Below are positions 14,905 to 22,912 of a stretch of 26,812 bases of DNA, one piece after another. Location: IMG/VR virus record IMGVR_UViG_3300028800_000057; one strand, 5' to 3'. How positions within the stretch are numbered: the stretch's first letter is position 1; each line of letters opens with the position of its first letter. Below the pieces are notes generated by a model, which was not told where the DNA came from, ran no database searches, and was given only the letters and a program-made list of their open reading frames with translations. The stretch is from a virus (Duplodnaviria; Heunggongvirae; Uroviricota; Caudoviricetes). The position numbers and the translations under genes are program-made.

Positions 14905-16731
14905 ATGCACGAAGACGTCCTTGCTCTCCGAGTAGCCGCACGCTTCCAAAGAAGCGTGATTTCTGCGTTCATCTCGGACAAGTGGTTCAAAGCCAAGAAG
15001 AGTGAGATAAGCACCCTTTTGAAGATTCCCATGCCGTCTCACAAGTCGGAGATGTGGGCATACTACTTAGATGAGAAAGTAGGGGACTTCCTAACTAAGT
15101 TCAACGATGACTTCAAGAGCATAGTTACCTTTGAGCCTGCCCTGGAGTCTGTTGCTCGCAGGACCAATGATGCCAAAGCCGAACTCAAGGTTATCGTTGA
15201 TTCGTTGGAACTCGTTTGCAAGTACCCTGGGCATGTCAACTTCTTGGACCCGGCACAGTACCTGAAGTGGAAAGCGTCTCTCGAAATCCATGACAAGATT
15301 GCTGAGGTCTCGAAGACTCTTGGTGGGTTCCTCAAGTGGAGTTGGACGATCGACAATTCTGTAGTGGAGCGTCTTGTTCAACGAACTCTCAAGGTAGCTA
15401 CTCCGGAACAACTAGCCTCATTGACTTCGGAATATGAGGATCGGATTGATCAGGTTAGGTACAACTTTCTAGCCTCTATCAAGTTTGATGAGTCGGCACT
15501 CAAGGCTCTCAAGAGAACGAAGCTTGATAAGTTTGATCCCATCAAGTGGGTCGATTGGATCTACGCCACCTTGAGAGCTAACTACTCGGAGTCAGTCATT
15601 CAAGAGAAGGATGCCTACCGAGAGTTCGACATGTACGGGATGAAGGTTGTTATCGACGACAACTCTATGCAACCAGAGGATGCCAGGAAGTACATCAAGT
15701 ATATCGATGAGGCTCACACGAGGATGAAGGCCAAGGGCTTTGAGAAGGCCTGGTATGGTACGTTCTTCATTCAGTGTGAGAGGTGCGGCGGGGTCAACCA
15801 CAACACAGGTGGTGGGGTTGGAGGTCACTTCGTTATCGGACCCGATACTGTGTCTTGCTTCGAGCGCCCAAGCTCATTCGTAGTAGAACTCCTAGCTCAC
15901 GAACTAGGTCATCGCTACTGGTACAAGCAGATGACTTCCACTCAAAGAGCTAAGTTTGAGAGCCTAGTAAAAGTCAGGCCGACTGCGATACGTCCATCTG
16001 AGGGTGACATCAAAGCCAACCCCATCCCTGAAGAGAGGGTCAAAGAAGCCCACTCAAAGGTGGATCATGTAGTGGACCAGTTGGACCAGAAATTGGAGCT
16101 CTTTCGCAAGTCTAAGCTCCGTTGGTTTACGAAGATCATTGATGCCTTCTACGAGCCTATCACTAAGGAAGCTTGGAACTTCAAGAACGAGATCATTACT
16201 GCAGTTCACTCAGCAGGCGCTGACTCTACCATCAACCCAACGGTGAAGAAGGCCTTTGAGCCGATCATAGAGCTAGGTACCGAGATTCACACACTTTGCC
16301 TGCACATGGATGATGACTTGAAGCGGATCATGAACACCTACCCTGACGGGACCGACTTCAACTCAGCCTTTAGGGTTGAACGAGGTAAGTGGATTGACCA
16401 GATCTTGACCTTGCTATACCGAATCACCAAACAAGCTCATCGCTACTTGGACATGGCGGTTGAAGCTTACAATAAGGAAGAGGCGGGCAAGGGAAAGAAG
16501 ATTGTAGAGAACTGGGAGCGTCGCTACCAGGAAGATACTCGTCCTGTTGCCCCTGTCTCCGATTATGGTGGGTCCAACATTGATGAGGCGTTTGCTGAGG
16601 CGTTTGCTTATTACGTGATGGGCAAAGAGATGACTCGGGATCAGATTGACTCATTCAAATCCGTCTTCTCCTCAGTGGGTGACCCCCTCGTTGACTTGGT
16701 GGCCCTACGCTATATGCAAAATATTTCTTGA
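14905..16731 (+). CDS. Large HExxH protein of 608 aa, a putative zincin-like metallopeptidase. The family is not assignable.
   Basis: ELLAHELGHRYWY carries the HExxH motif, preceded by CERCGG and a Gly-rich loop. There is a C-terminal EAFAEAFAYY. Confidence 0.55.
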   Translation: MHEDVLALRVAARFQRSVISAFISDKWFKAKKSEISTLLKIPMPSHKSEMWAYYLDEKVGDFLTKFNDDFKSIVTFEPALESVARRTNDAKAELKVIVDSLELVCKYPGHVNFLDPAQYLKWKASLEIHDKIAEVSKTLGGFLKWSWTIDNSVVERLVQRTLKVATPEQLASLTSEYEDRIDQVRYNFLASIKFDESALKALKRTKLDKFDPIKWVDWIYATLRANYSESVIQEKDAYREFDMYGMKVVIDDNSMQPEDARKYIKYIDEAHTRMKAKGFEKAWYGTFFIQCERCGGVNHNTGGGVGGHFVIGPDTVSCFERPSSFVVELLAHELGHRYWYKQMTSTQRAKFESLVKVRPTAIRPSEGDIKANPIPEERVKEAHSKVDHVVDQLDQKLELFRKSKLRWFTKIIDAFYEPITKEAWNFKNEIITAVHSAGADSTINPTVKKAFEPIIELGTEIHTLCLHMDDDLKRIMNTYPDGTDFNSAFRVERGKWIDQILTLLYRITKQAHRYLDMAVEAYNKEEAGKGKKIVENWERRYQEDTRPVAPVSDYGGSNIDEAFAEAFAYYVMGKEMTRDQIDSFKSVFSSVGDPLVDLVALRYMQNIS

Positions 16732-16784
16732 CGCTTCCGAATTGGTGTTGTACCTTCGAAGGGCCAATGGGGGATGACCAGGCT

Positions 16785-16824
16785 TTGCCTTTTAAATACC
16801 TCACCATGGGGACTTAAAAGGCAA
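16785..16824. terminator. Gene-end hairpin TTGCCTTTTAA-n18-TTAAAAGGCAA between convergent genes. It has no U tract.
   Basis: 11-bp perfect stem read directly. It is part of the motif cluster shared with 21324-21407. Confidence 0.45.
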
Positions 16825-16946
16825 CATCACGAATTGTTGGGCAACCCAAATCTAAAGGCCGAGCTGCCTCTACCAGCTTACATTTCCACGCAATAAAGGT
16901 GGAAACCTTGGATGCCCGCCTCTTGCAGTTTTCTAACGAACCCTTG

Positions 16947-17372
16947 TTAGTTGACAGCTAGGTATACGCTGACTGTCATCTTGTTCAGGATGTTCTCGCT
17001 ATTCTCAACGAGAAACGCCCAACGTCCCGAAGGGATCTGATCCGTATTCGTAAAGGCAGCTGTACGCGGTTGTGTCCATGAGGCCAACTCTCGACAGGTT
17101 CCACCCTTAACTGTGCAAGAGGTCACATCTTCTGCATTTACCACTCGTACACGGAAGCCCTTGTCAGTGTGCTTCAAGCCCGCAACCTTCGCCTGAAAAG
17201 TGGCTCCGGAAGTGGAAAATTCTTCTGCTTGGTATGAACCAGCAGCAATCACCCACTCAGCGTCCACGAGGACTTTGGTGTTCCCTTGAGCACGAATGTC
17301 TCTTGGAGCGAATGCGAGGACTGCGAGTGTAAAGGCTGACGCTACTAGTGTAAACTGTCGTGACTTTGTCAT
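16947..17372 (-). CDS. Secreted hypothetical protein with an N-terminal signal peptide.
   Basis: Internal ATG at 17372 gives MTKSRQFTLVASAFTLAVLAFAPRDIRAQ, read as a signal peptide with an AxA site. The track ORF starts 13 codons earlier. Confidence 0.55.
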   Translation of the reverse strand: MTKSRQFTLVASAFTLAVLAFAPRDIRAQGNTKVLVDAEWVIAAGSYQAEEFSTSGATFQAKVAGLKHTDKGFRVRVVNAEDVTSCTVKGGTCRELASWTQPRTAAFTNTDQIPSGRWAFLVENSENILNKMTVSVYLAVN

Positions 17373-17527
17373 GGTACAAAGGCCCTTCCCCGCAGTACTA
17401 CGGCCAATCAACTTAGAACTTGAGGACTGCTAATCCAAGTATGAACGTTGCTTTTCATTCTTGGTAGGCTTTTGTCACACATCTAGCCCGTTGACTCACG
17501 TCACGAGGACAGGCAGCATTACCAATT

Positions 17528-17830
17528 ATGCCTGTCTACCTCATCACATACGATGTCAACACCCTAGATAAGTCCGAGGCTGAAAAGACCAAAGCTGACC
17601 AAAGGCGGAACAAGATCCGAGACAACATTACTGAAGGGTACAAGGAACACCAACGGCTATCAGAATCCACCTACGCGGTTGTCACGACGGATAGTCCCGC
17701 CAGAGTGAGTAGACGGCTCTTTGGGCTCATTGAGAAACAGGATGAGTACCACGTCGCCCTTTTACAGACCCCTGTCGAGAGCCACGCTTCCGAAGGGACG
17801 AAGGCTTGGCTACGGGAACATATTCCATAA
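17528..17830 (+). CDS. Small protein with a Cas2-like N-terminus. The call is uncertain.
   Basis: MPVYLITYDVNT matches the Cas2 beta1 signature hhhhYDv carrying the catalytic Asp. The RR-rich helix that follows fits a Cas2 layout. It overlaps a convergent small ORF by about 100 nt. Confidence 0.35.
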   Translation: MPVYLITYDVNTLDKSEAEKTKADQRRNKIRDNITEGYKEHQRLSESTYAVVTTDSPARVSRRLFGLIEKQDEYHVALLQTPVESHASEGTKAWLREHIP

Positions 17831-17942
17831 CTATGTAGTCGTCTTCAGTAAGTCCTTTGGCGGCAAGCAACTCATGAAAGTTTGGCAAACTCTTGAGTTC
17901 GTCCCATGTACCCCTGGTGATGTAGTACTTTTTCTTCTTCAT
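17727..17942 (-). CDS. Hypothetical small protein of 71 aa beginning MKKKKYYITRGTWDE.
   Basis: Internal ATG of the 17727..18053 track ORF. It lies just downstream of the transposase gene on the same strand. GGTGTA (17978-17983) lies 35 nt upstream. Confidence 0.35.
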   Translation of the reverse strand: MKKKKYYITRGTWDELKSLPNFHELLAAKGLTEDDYIVMEYVPVAKPSSLRKRGSRQGSVKGRRGTHPVSQ

Positions 17943-17944
17943 AC

Positions 17945-19300
17945 CGTTGCTCGTCAATAAATGGTTTAGGGTACTTCTACACCGACGCGAGACAGAATCA
18001 CTCCTGTGTCTTAGATGCCAGAGCCTATGCTGCTTGCCAGAACACAGGATCAATGCCGAGTTCGAACATCTCGTGAACGAGGACAGCCAAGTTGTAGGCG
18101 AGGGTTTTGCAGAGGATCTCGTTCACTTGGGCATCATACATCTTCGATCGAACAGCACTGCCTAGCTTCCTCTTGACCGCACTGAAAGTGCACTCAACAT
18201 TCGACCTCTGATGGTAGTGCTCTAGAAACTCATCCTTCTTGTAGTTGAAGAGATGCCAAAGCTTCCTCCATTGCTTCGATCCATCACTCGTCGAGTTGAT
18301 CTTGAATGGGATGTACGGAACTGCACCTACCTCCGCAATCACATCCAGGTTACCATAGCTCAAGTAGGCTTTGTCGGCAGACACGTCGACTACATCGAAG
18401 TGTTTTGCCGTTGTCTGTACTAATCCAGGAAGCTCAGGACAGTCGGCAACATCACCTTGAGTAACTTCTACGGCCGTCACGATATTTGTGATCGTCCCAA
18501 CCGCGTAATGAGCCTTGAGGTACTTGGCCTTCTTCATCTCCCGTCCGTACTTGTGATCGAACCATCTGTTGTACACGGAAGTTGAGAATCCTGTAGAGTC
18601 TACTGCGAAGGTTGTCTCAACTGCCCTTAGAGGCTGAGTACTCTCCTCGATCAAAGTCTTGAGCAGCGGGGCTAACTCAGGTTGCTCCATGTGAAGGAAC
18701 AAGGTGTTGTAATGAGGGCTGCAGGTGATATGGCCCTTCTCTCGGCATTCTCGAATGTCAGTCGAGGCTCTCCGCCCTGACCAAGTCGAATAGGTCTTCA
18801 TGACGTTACCGAAGACGATATCGCCTAAAGGCAACCGAGGACGGCCTCTACCCTGTTGTGGTGGTTGGGTGATCCCATCGCACAAGCCTTTGAGAAGGGC
18901 CTCTACCACCTCCTTCTCTTGAGTCTGGGCCGCATTGTAGGCTGGCCAATCCTGAGTGTAAGTTACTCGAACCGTATCCGTGGTGAGGATCGTTCCATCT
19001 GATCTAAGGACTCGATGCCTCGTGAACTCTACGGCATACTGGTGCTTACATGTGCACCCTCTGGTTTCGAAGTCCGGACAGGTGCAACTGTGAGCTTTGG
19101 GATCTACAACGTAGGAGCCACCGTGAGACTGGCTGGGGACAACCCAAAGCTTGCCATTCTTCTTGATCCGCCTCGTGCTGGCTATCTGTAAGCCTTTCTC
19201 TTCTCGTGGGCTTAGATTCGATTCTACGTTACTCATACCTAGTATTACGCATGAGAGCGTCGGATCTCAACAAGATTGACGTAATATGTGGGTTTAGGTA
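17945..19300 (-). mobile_element. IS4/IS5-like element. Its ends were not located.
   Basis: Only a 7-nt inverted match was found (CCGACGC at 17981-17987 against GCGTCGG at 19256-19262). The boundaries are a guess. Confidence 0.3.
18025..19236 (-). CDS. DDE transposase of the IS4/IS5 superfamily (DDE_Tnp_1-like) with an N-terminal SWIM-type zinc finger.
   Basis: N-terminal CTCPDF...CKHQYAV is a SWIM CxCx(n)CxH. C-terminal ADKAYLSYGNLD and HYHQRSNVECTFSAVKRKLG match the YxxRxxxExxFxxxKxxxG signature of IS4/IS5 transposases. Confidence 0.8.
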   Translation of the reverse strand: MSNVESNLSPREEKGLQIASTRRIKKNGKLWVVPSQSHGGSYVVDPKAHSCTCPDFETRGCTCKHQYAVEFTRHRVLRSDGTILTTDTVRVTYTQDWPAYNAAQTQEKEVVEALLKGLCDGITQPPQQGRGRPRLPLGDIVFGNVMKTYSTWSGRRASTDIRECREKGHITCSPHYNTLFLHMEQPELAPLLKTLIEESTQPLRAVETTFAVDSTGFSTSVYNRWFDHKYGREMKKAKYLKAHYAVGTITNIVTAVEVTQGDVADCPELPGLVQTTAKHFDVVDVSADKAYLSYGNLDVIAEVGAVPYIPFKINSTSDGSKQWRKLWHLFNYKKDEFLEHYHQRSNVECTFSAVKRKLGSAVRSKMYDAQVNEILCKTLAYNLAVLVHEMFELGIDPVFWQAA

Positions 19301-19935
19301 TCAGCACTCAAGTCACAACGGAAAGTCCAAAGGCTGGTCAAGGACTCCGTTAGGTGAGGTGTCTTCTTGTTCCGCTTCTGTCTCCGGGATCACTTCGACG
19401 TTACCGCATATCTGAACCCAGTTGATCGATCCGTTGAAGTTCAAGTAGTTAGCGGCGACCTGAGATCCAACTACCAAGAACTGGGGTTGGAATAAACCTG
19501 GTGCTAAGCCTGGCTCTACAGCCCAGAACTCTTGTCCAACCTCTTCGACTTGAAGGAACGCTGTCCGGTCTCCATGGACAGGGCTTCTCAGGTTGTACGA
19601 GATCCGAATCTTTAGTTGGTCACCCTGGGGGTTGGCCGATCCAGTTGGGAGGCTTTTCCCAAGCCTCTTCCCGCCGGGGTTGCCAAGTCAAGAGGCCGCT
19701 GGTCTCGATTGACTTGGCTAGCGAATTCAGACTATTCTGGAGGACAGTATGGGCCAGCCCGTCAAGGGGTTTGGGGCGTTAATTAGACAAACACACTCAG
19801 CACCGCTGATTTTCCTGGTAATTGCGCCTATGACACCACCATAACCACATGGTGGGACACCAAAAAATGTAAGAGTCCCATTTTCATTCACTGACCTTTC
19901 TGAGATATTCATTCGAAAGGCAGGCATTGTAAGTC

Positions 19936-20547
19936 ATGAGCGGAAAACTCTTTCGTACATGTGTGTTGATCACAACTCTGGGCGTTGCATGTCAATGCGA
20001 AAGCAAACAGGACAAAGACGCACAAGTCCAGCAAGCTGTAACCCAAGCTCTGGAACAAGAGAGGGCTTCTCAAGCTCAGGCTCGTGAACAAGAAAAGGTC
20101 TCTCAAGCACAAGTCCAGCAGGCCGTATCACAAGCATTGGAACAAGAGAAGGCCTCTCAAGTTCAGGCATTGGAACAAGAGAAAGCCTCTCAAACACAAG
20201 CTCTGGAACGAGAAAAGAAAGCGTTGAGAGATACACCCGACAGCTTTCTAATCACGAGCAATCTTGAGTATTACAACAAGGGTATCATCAACGATTACCG
20301 GCAACTCATCAAGGTGAGTGTTCTGAATCGCTCTAAGTTTCCAGTTGGTGGGCTCTCAGGGGACGTCGAGTGGTATGACGATAACGGAGGTAAATTCGGC
20401 TCTACTACGTTTGCTCTCGGTGGATCGATACCGGCAGGTGACACGAAGAATTTTTCTACGGAAGACGGATCAATGACGAGCACTACAATACAAGGGGGCG
20501 CCAAAAAGGCGGTAGTCAAGTTCACTCATGTCGAGATCATCGAGTGA
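19936..20547 (+). CDS. Repeat-containing protein with a signal/lipoprotein-like N-terminus and QALEQEKASQ tandem repeats.
   Basis: MSGKLFRTCVLITTLGVAC is hydrophobic and ends in Cys. There are five to six degenerate 30-nt repeats at about 20028-20222. Confidence 0.6.
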   Translation: MSGKLFRTCVLITTLGVACQCESKQDKDAQVQQAVTQALEQERASQAQAREQEKVSQAQVQQAVSQALEQEKASQVQALEQEKASQTQALEREKKALRDTPDSFLITSNLEYYNKGIINDYRQLIKVSVLNRSKFPVGGLSGDVEWYDDNGGKFGSTTFALGGSIPAGDTKNFSTEDGSMTSTTIQGGAKKAVVKFTHVEIIE

Positions 20548-20570
20548 ACTAGCCCACTATCTTTTGAGGT

Positions 20571-20801
20571 TTAACTCTCGTAGATCTTATGAGTTAGGAA
20601 ATCCTGGTATAAAACTTCAGCTCTGATAGCTGCACCGTCTTGAAATTGTAAGTCGAGGAAGACTCGTTCGCTAGATTCAACCGGTTTCGAGTCGATGTAT
20701 ATCCCGTCCTCACCCCTAGTCAGGTCTATTGACCGAACTTCTTCGTAACCAATGATTCGTGGACTGAGATGGTGTTCAGGTAAATGATTGATTTCTGACA
20801 T
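20571..20801 (-). CDS. Hypothetical protein of 76 aa.
   Basis: Track ORF with no motif. Confidence 0.4.
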   Translation of the reverse strand: MSEINHLPEHHLSPRIIGYEEVRSIDLTRGEDGIYIDSKPVESSERVFLDLQFQDGAAIRAEVLYQDFLTHKIYES

Positions 20802-20873
20802 GGCTCTAAGTTGAGTTCACAAGAACTTTATCCATACCTAGACGTACTGACCAAAACCGAGTAGGGATGCAGG

Positions 20874-21107
20874 ATGTCGGTTGAATACCTAGATCCAAAT
20901 ACATGTCAGTGGGTTCATCTCAATAACGCAACTGTTGAGCTTTCTGAGTCAAATCGCTATTTAGTAACTCTCACAGTGCAACCATGGGTTCACCTGACCA
21001 CCCTCGACGGCATTCCGCTCCGCATTGATGGGCATGAGAGTTTTCGTGCGTGGGGAACGAGACGTATCGGTGTAACCTTAGTGTTGGATGTACTTGTAAA
21101 GCTCTAG
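20874..21107 (+). CDS. Hypothetical protein of 77 aa, an alternative to the overlapping minus-strand ORF 20971..21198.
   Basis: Two mutually exclusive track ORFs. The plus-strand one looks more protein-like. Confidence 0.3.
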   Translation: MSVEYLDPNTCQWVHLNNATVELSESNRYLVTLTVQPWVHLTTLDGIPLRIDGHESFRAWGTRRIGVTLVLDVLVKL

Positions 21108-21411
21108 CTCCACTCTCTACAAATGCAGCGAGACCTTCGGGAGTCACGAGGACTCCTGACAGACCTTCAGTTGCTCTGTAAGCAATTTGACTGGCCAAGT
21201 CTGGTACGGCAACTTCAGTCTTGTTGATGAACGCAGGGGTGGTAGATATGAGTAGTGGGTGGGTGTTAGATCACCATTCTAAATGGTTGGTTCGTCTAGC
21301 CGGTTAATTATTAGGCAAGTGGGGAATTTGTTGGGCAACTGCCATTTAAAAGGCAAAGCCGGATGACCACTGGCGCCAACCGCTTCCTACGAAGCTTGAA
21401 AGGGCGTTAAA

Positions 21412-21729
21412 GTGGAAAATATTACGATTGGTCGGTACGACCGTGACCCAGAAGCACAAGGGCTAATCAAGCCTGAGAGTGGTCGATGGCAGCTCGTTAT
21501 TGACAAGGATGGTTACCCACACCTATTCGTCGAGTCCAACATCGAGAACAAGGACGGGACGACGAGCAAGGGACTGTTCTGCCTTGAGGATATGCTTCCT
21601 GAAGGTATGAGCGTCAAGGACATCATGAATAGCACCTTCGGTGGAGAACTGACCGATGATGAGGAGCTCAAAGCCCAAAAGGAGTATGAGGCGAGCCGAG
21701 AAGCCACTGGGATCCCATGTCCTCGGTAA
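21412..21729 (+). CDS. Hypothetical protein of 105 aa with a GTG start.
   Basis: Track ORF, preceded by motif cluster B (21324-21407). Confidence 0.45.
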   Translation: MENITIGRYDRDPEAQGLIKPESGRWQLVIDKDGYPHLFVESNIENKDGTTSKGLFCLEDMLPEGMSVKDIMNSTFGGELTDDEELKAQKEYEASREATGIPCPR

Positions 21730-21801
21730 GCAACAAATCCTCTTATAGGTCGTCACTGGTGTAACTAGTTTGACGTTTCGCCATATCTGCGTCCTCTGCA
21801 C

Positions 21802-21836
21802 GAAGCCCCTCACTTCCCTCCGACTTGAGGGGCTTC
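21802..21836. terminator. Gene-end hairpin GAAGCCCCTCA-n13-TGAGGGGCTTC between convergent genes. It has no U tract.
   Basis: 11-bp perfect stem read directly. A plus-strand GGTGTA at 21758-21763 lies 38 nt upstream. Confidence 0.5.
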
Positions 21837-21840
21837 GACT

Positions 21841-22110
21841 TTAACCAGTGACCTCGGTGAGACACTGAATGAAGAATTTGGCATTCTCAATCACGGCCGC
21901 ACCAGCTTCTTCAGGGGTTCTGAATCCGTCACTGATGGTGACCATAGAACCCTTACCCGCGTTCTTCACAATGTGACCTACCCAGTCACCCCAGGGTTGC
22001 TGACTAATCAGGACTCGGGCGTGCTCCGTGAATCCTTCATAGCGATCAAACACCTCTCGGTTTTTCTTCAAGGTAAGCGTGACCGTTCCAACTTTGATGG
22101 TCTGTTTCAT
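21841..22110 (-). CDS. Hypothetical protein of 89 aa.
   Basis: Track ORF with an ATG start. Confidence 0.5.
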   Translation of the reverse strand: MKQTIKVGTVTLTLKKNREVFDRYEGFTEHARVLISQQPWGDWVGHIVKNAGKGSMVTISDGFRTPEEAGAAVIENAKFFIQCLTEVTG

Positions 22111-22138
22111 GATTATGCTTAGAGCAGATATTTAGGTT

Positions 22139-22363
22139 TTATGCGTCTGGCAGTAGCTCACCGAATTCGGCCAGTAGTTCTTTTCTTTTGGCCTCAGCTT
22201 CGGCTTCAGTGGCGTATGCTTTGGATTCCGGTATGAACTCCAGGAAGCAACCCGTCCTAAGTGAGTATCCGTGGTGCTCCGGGACGTACTTACACTGGAG
22301 CTCCTTCTTCTCAATGTTCCCATCGTACTCAACTAGAAACCATCTTTTCACATAGTCCGACAT
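22139..22363 (-). CDS. Hypothetical protein of 74 aa.
   Basis: Track ORF. A minus-strand GGTGTA (22373-22378) lies 9 nt upstream. Confidence 0.5.
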   Translation of the reverse strand: MSDYVKRWFLVEYDGNIEKKELQCKYVPEHHGYSLRTGCFLEFIPESKAYATEAEAEAKRKELLAEFGELLPDA

Positions 22364-22378
22364 GGTGTATTCTACACC
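22364..22378. promoter_or_regulatory. Perfect palindrome GGTGTAttcTACACC filling the 18-nt gap between divergent start codons at 22363 (-) and 22382 (+).
   Basis: Read directly. It places one GGTGTA 9-12 nt upstream of each divergent ATG. Confidence 0.55.
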
Positions 22379-22381
22379 ACA

Positions 22382-22912
22382 ATGTCCATTGAAAGGCTTC
22401 GTGAGTTACTAGCCTTGGGTCCTGCTGGTCGATCCCCGGAGCAGGGTACCGAGTTCGATGAGCTATGGGGAGAACGACGTAGAGAGCAGTTTGCAGCCAT
22501 CCCTAGGCCGAACTGCTGTGAGGCCATTCAAAAGTACCCGGTCTTGAACTTCAGCACCTATAGCGGGCCTGATGGGTATCTGAAGGGGGGTCGATGGGTC
22601 ATTCGCGTTAGCGAGCAGTTCTGGTACGACTTCATGGTTGGGGAATTAGACGAGTACATTAGGGGTATCCCTGACCCTGAGTACTGTCCGTTCTGCGGTA
22701 CTCACGTCCCCAGTATGATATTAAAGAATCCGCCCCCGCCAAACATATGTCGGGTGACCGATGGGGGGTACTATTGCGATACATGCCACGAAAGGCTGGA
22801 TGGTTGTATCTGTGACCCTCCCGGGGCAGCATTTGAAGCTTGCATTGATCCACCGTTGGAGACTATACCGAATAACGGACCACCTTTCGAGAGCGAATCC
22901 GATGAGCCTTGA
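22382..22912 (+). CDS. Cys-rich hypothetical protein of 176 aa.
   Basis: CPFCG, CDTCHERLDGCIC and NCCEA are putative zinc-binding clusters. Confidence 0.5.
   Translation: MSIERLRELLALGPAGRSPEQGTEFDELWGERRREQFAAIPRPNCCEAIQKYPVLNFSTYSGPDGYLKGGRWVIRVSEQFWYDFMVGELDEYIRGIPDPEYCPFCGTHVPSMILKNPPPPNICRVTDGGYYCDTCHERLDGCICDPPGAAFEACIDPPLETIPNNGPPFESESDEP

Noticed and set aside
19451-19687. Apparent long ATG-less open frame on the minus strand next to the DDE transposase, considered as a pseudogene remnant.
   Set aside because: On careful re-reading it is only 79 codons stop-to-stop, separated from the upstream 66-aa ORF by three in-frame stops. An initial longer reading was a transcription slip on my part. 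It is not supportable as a gene.
20971-21198. 75-aa minus-strand ORF overlapping the 20874..21107 plus-strand ORF.
   Set aside because: The two are mutually exclusive. Neither has a motif. The plus-strand one was retained at low confidence and the other is noted here.
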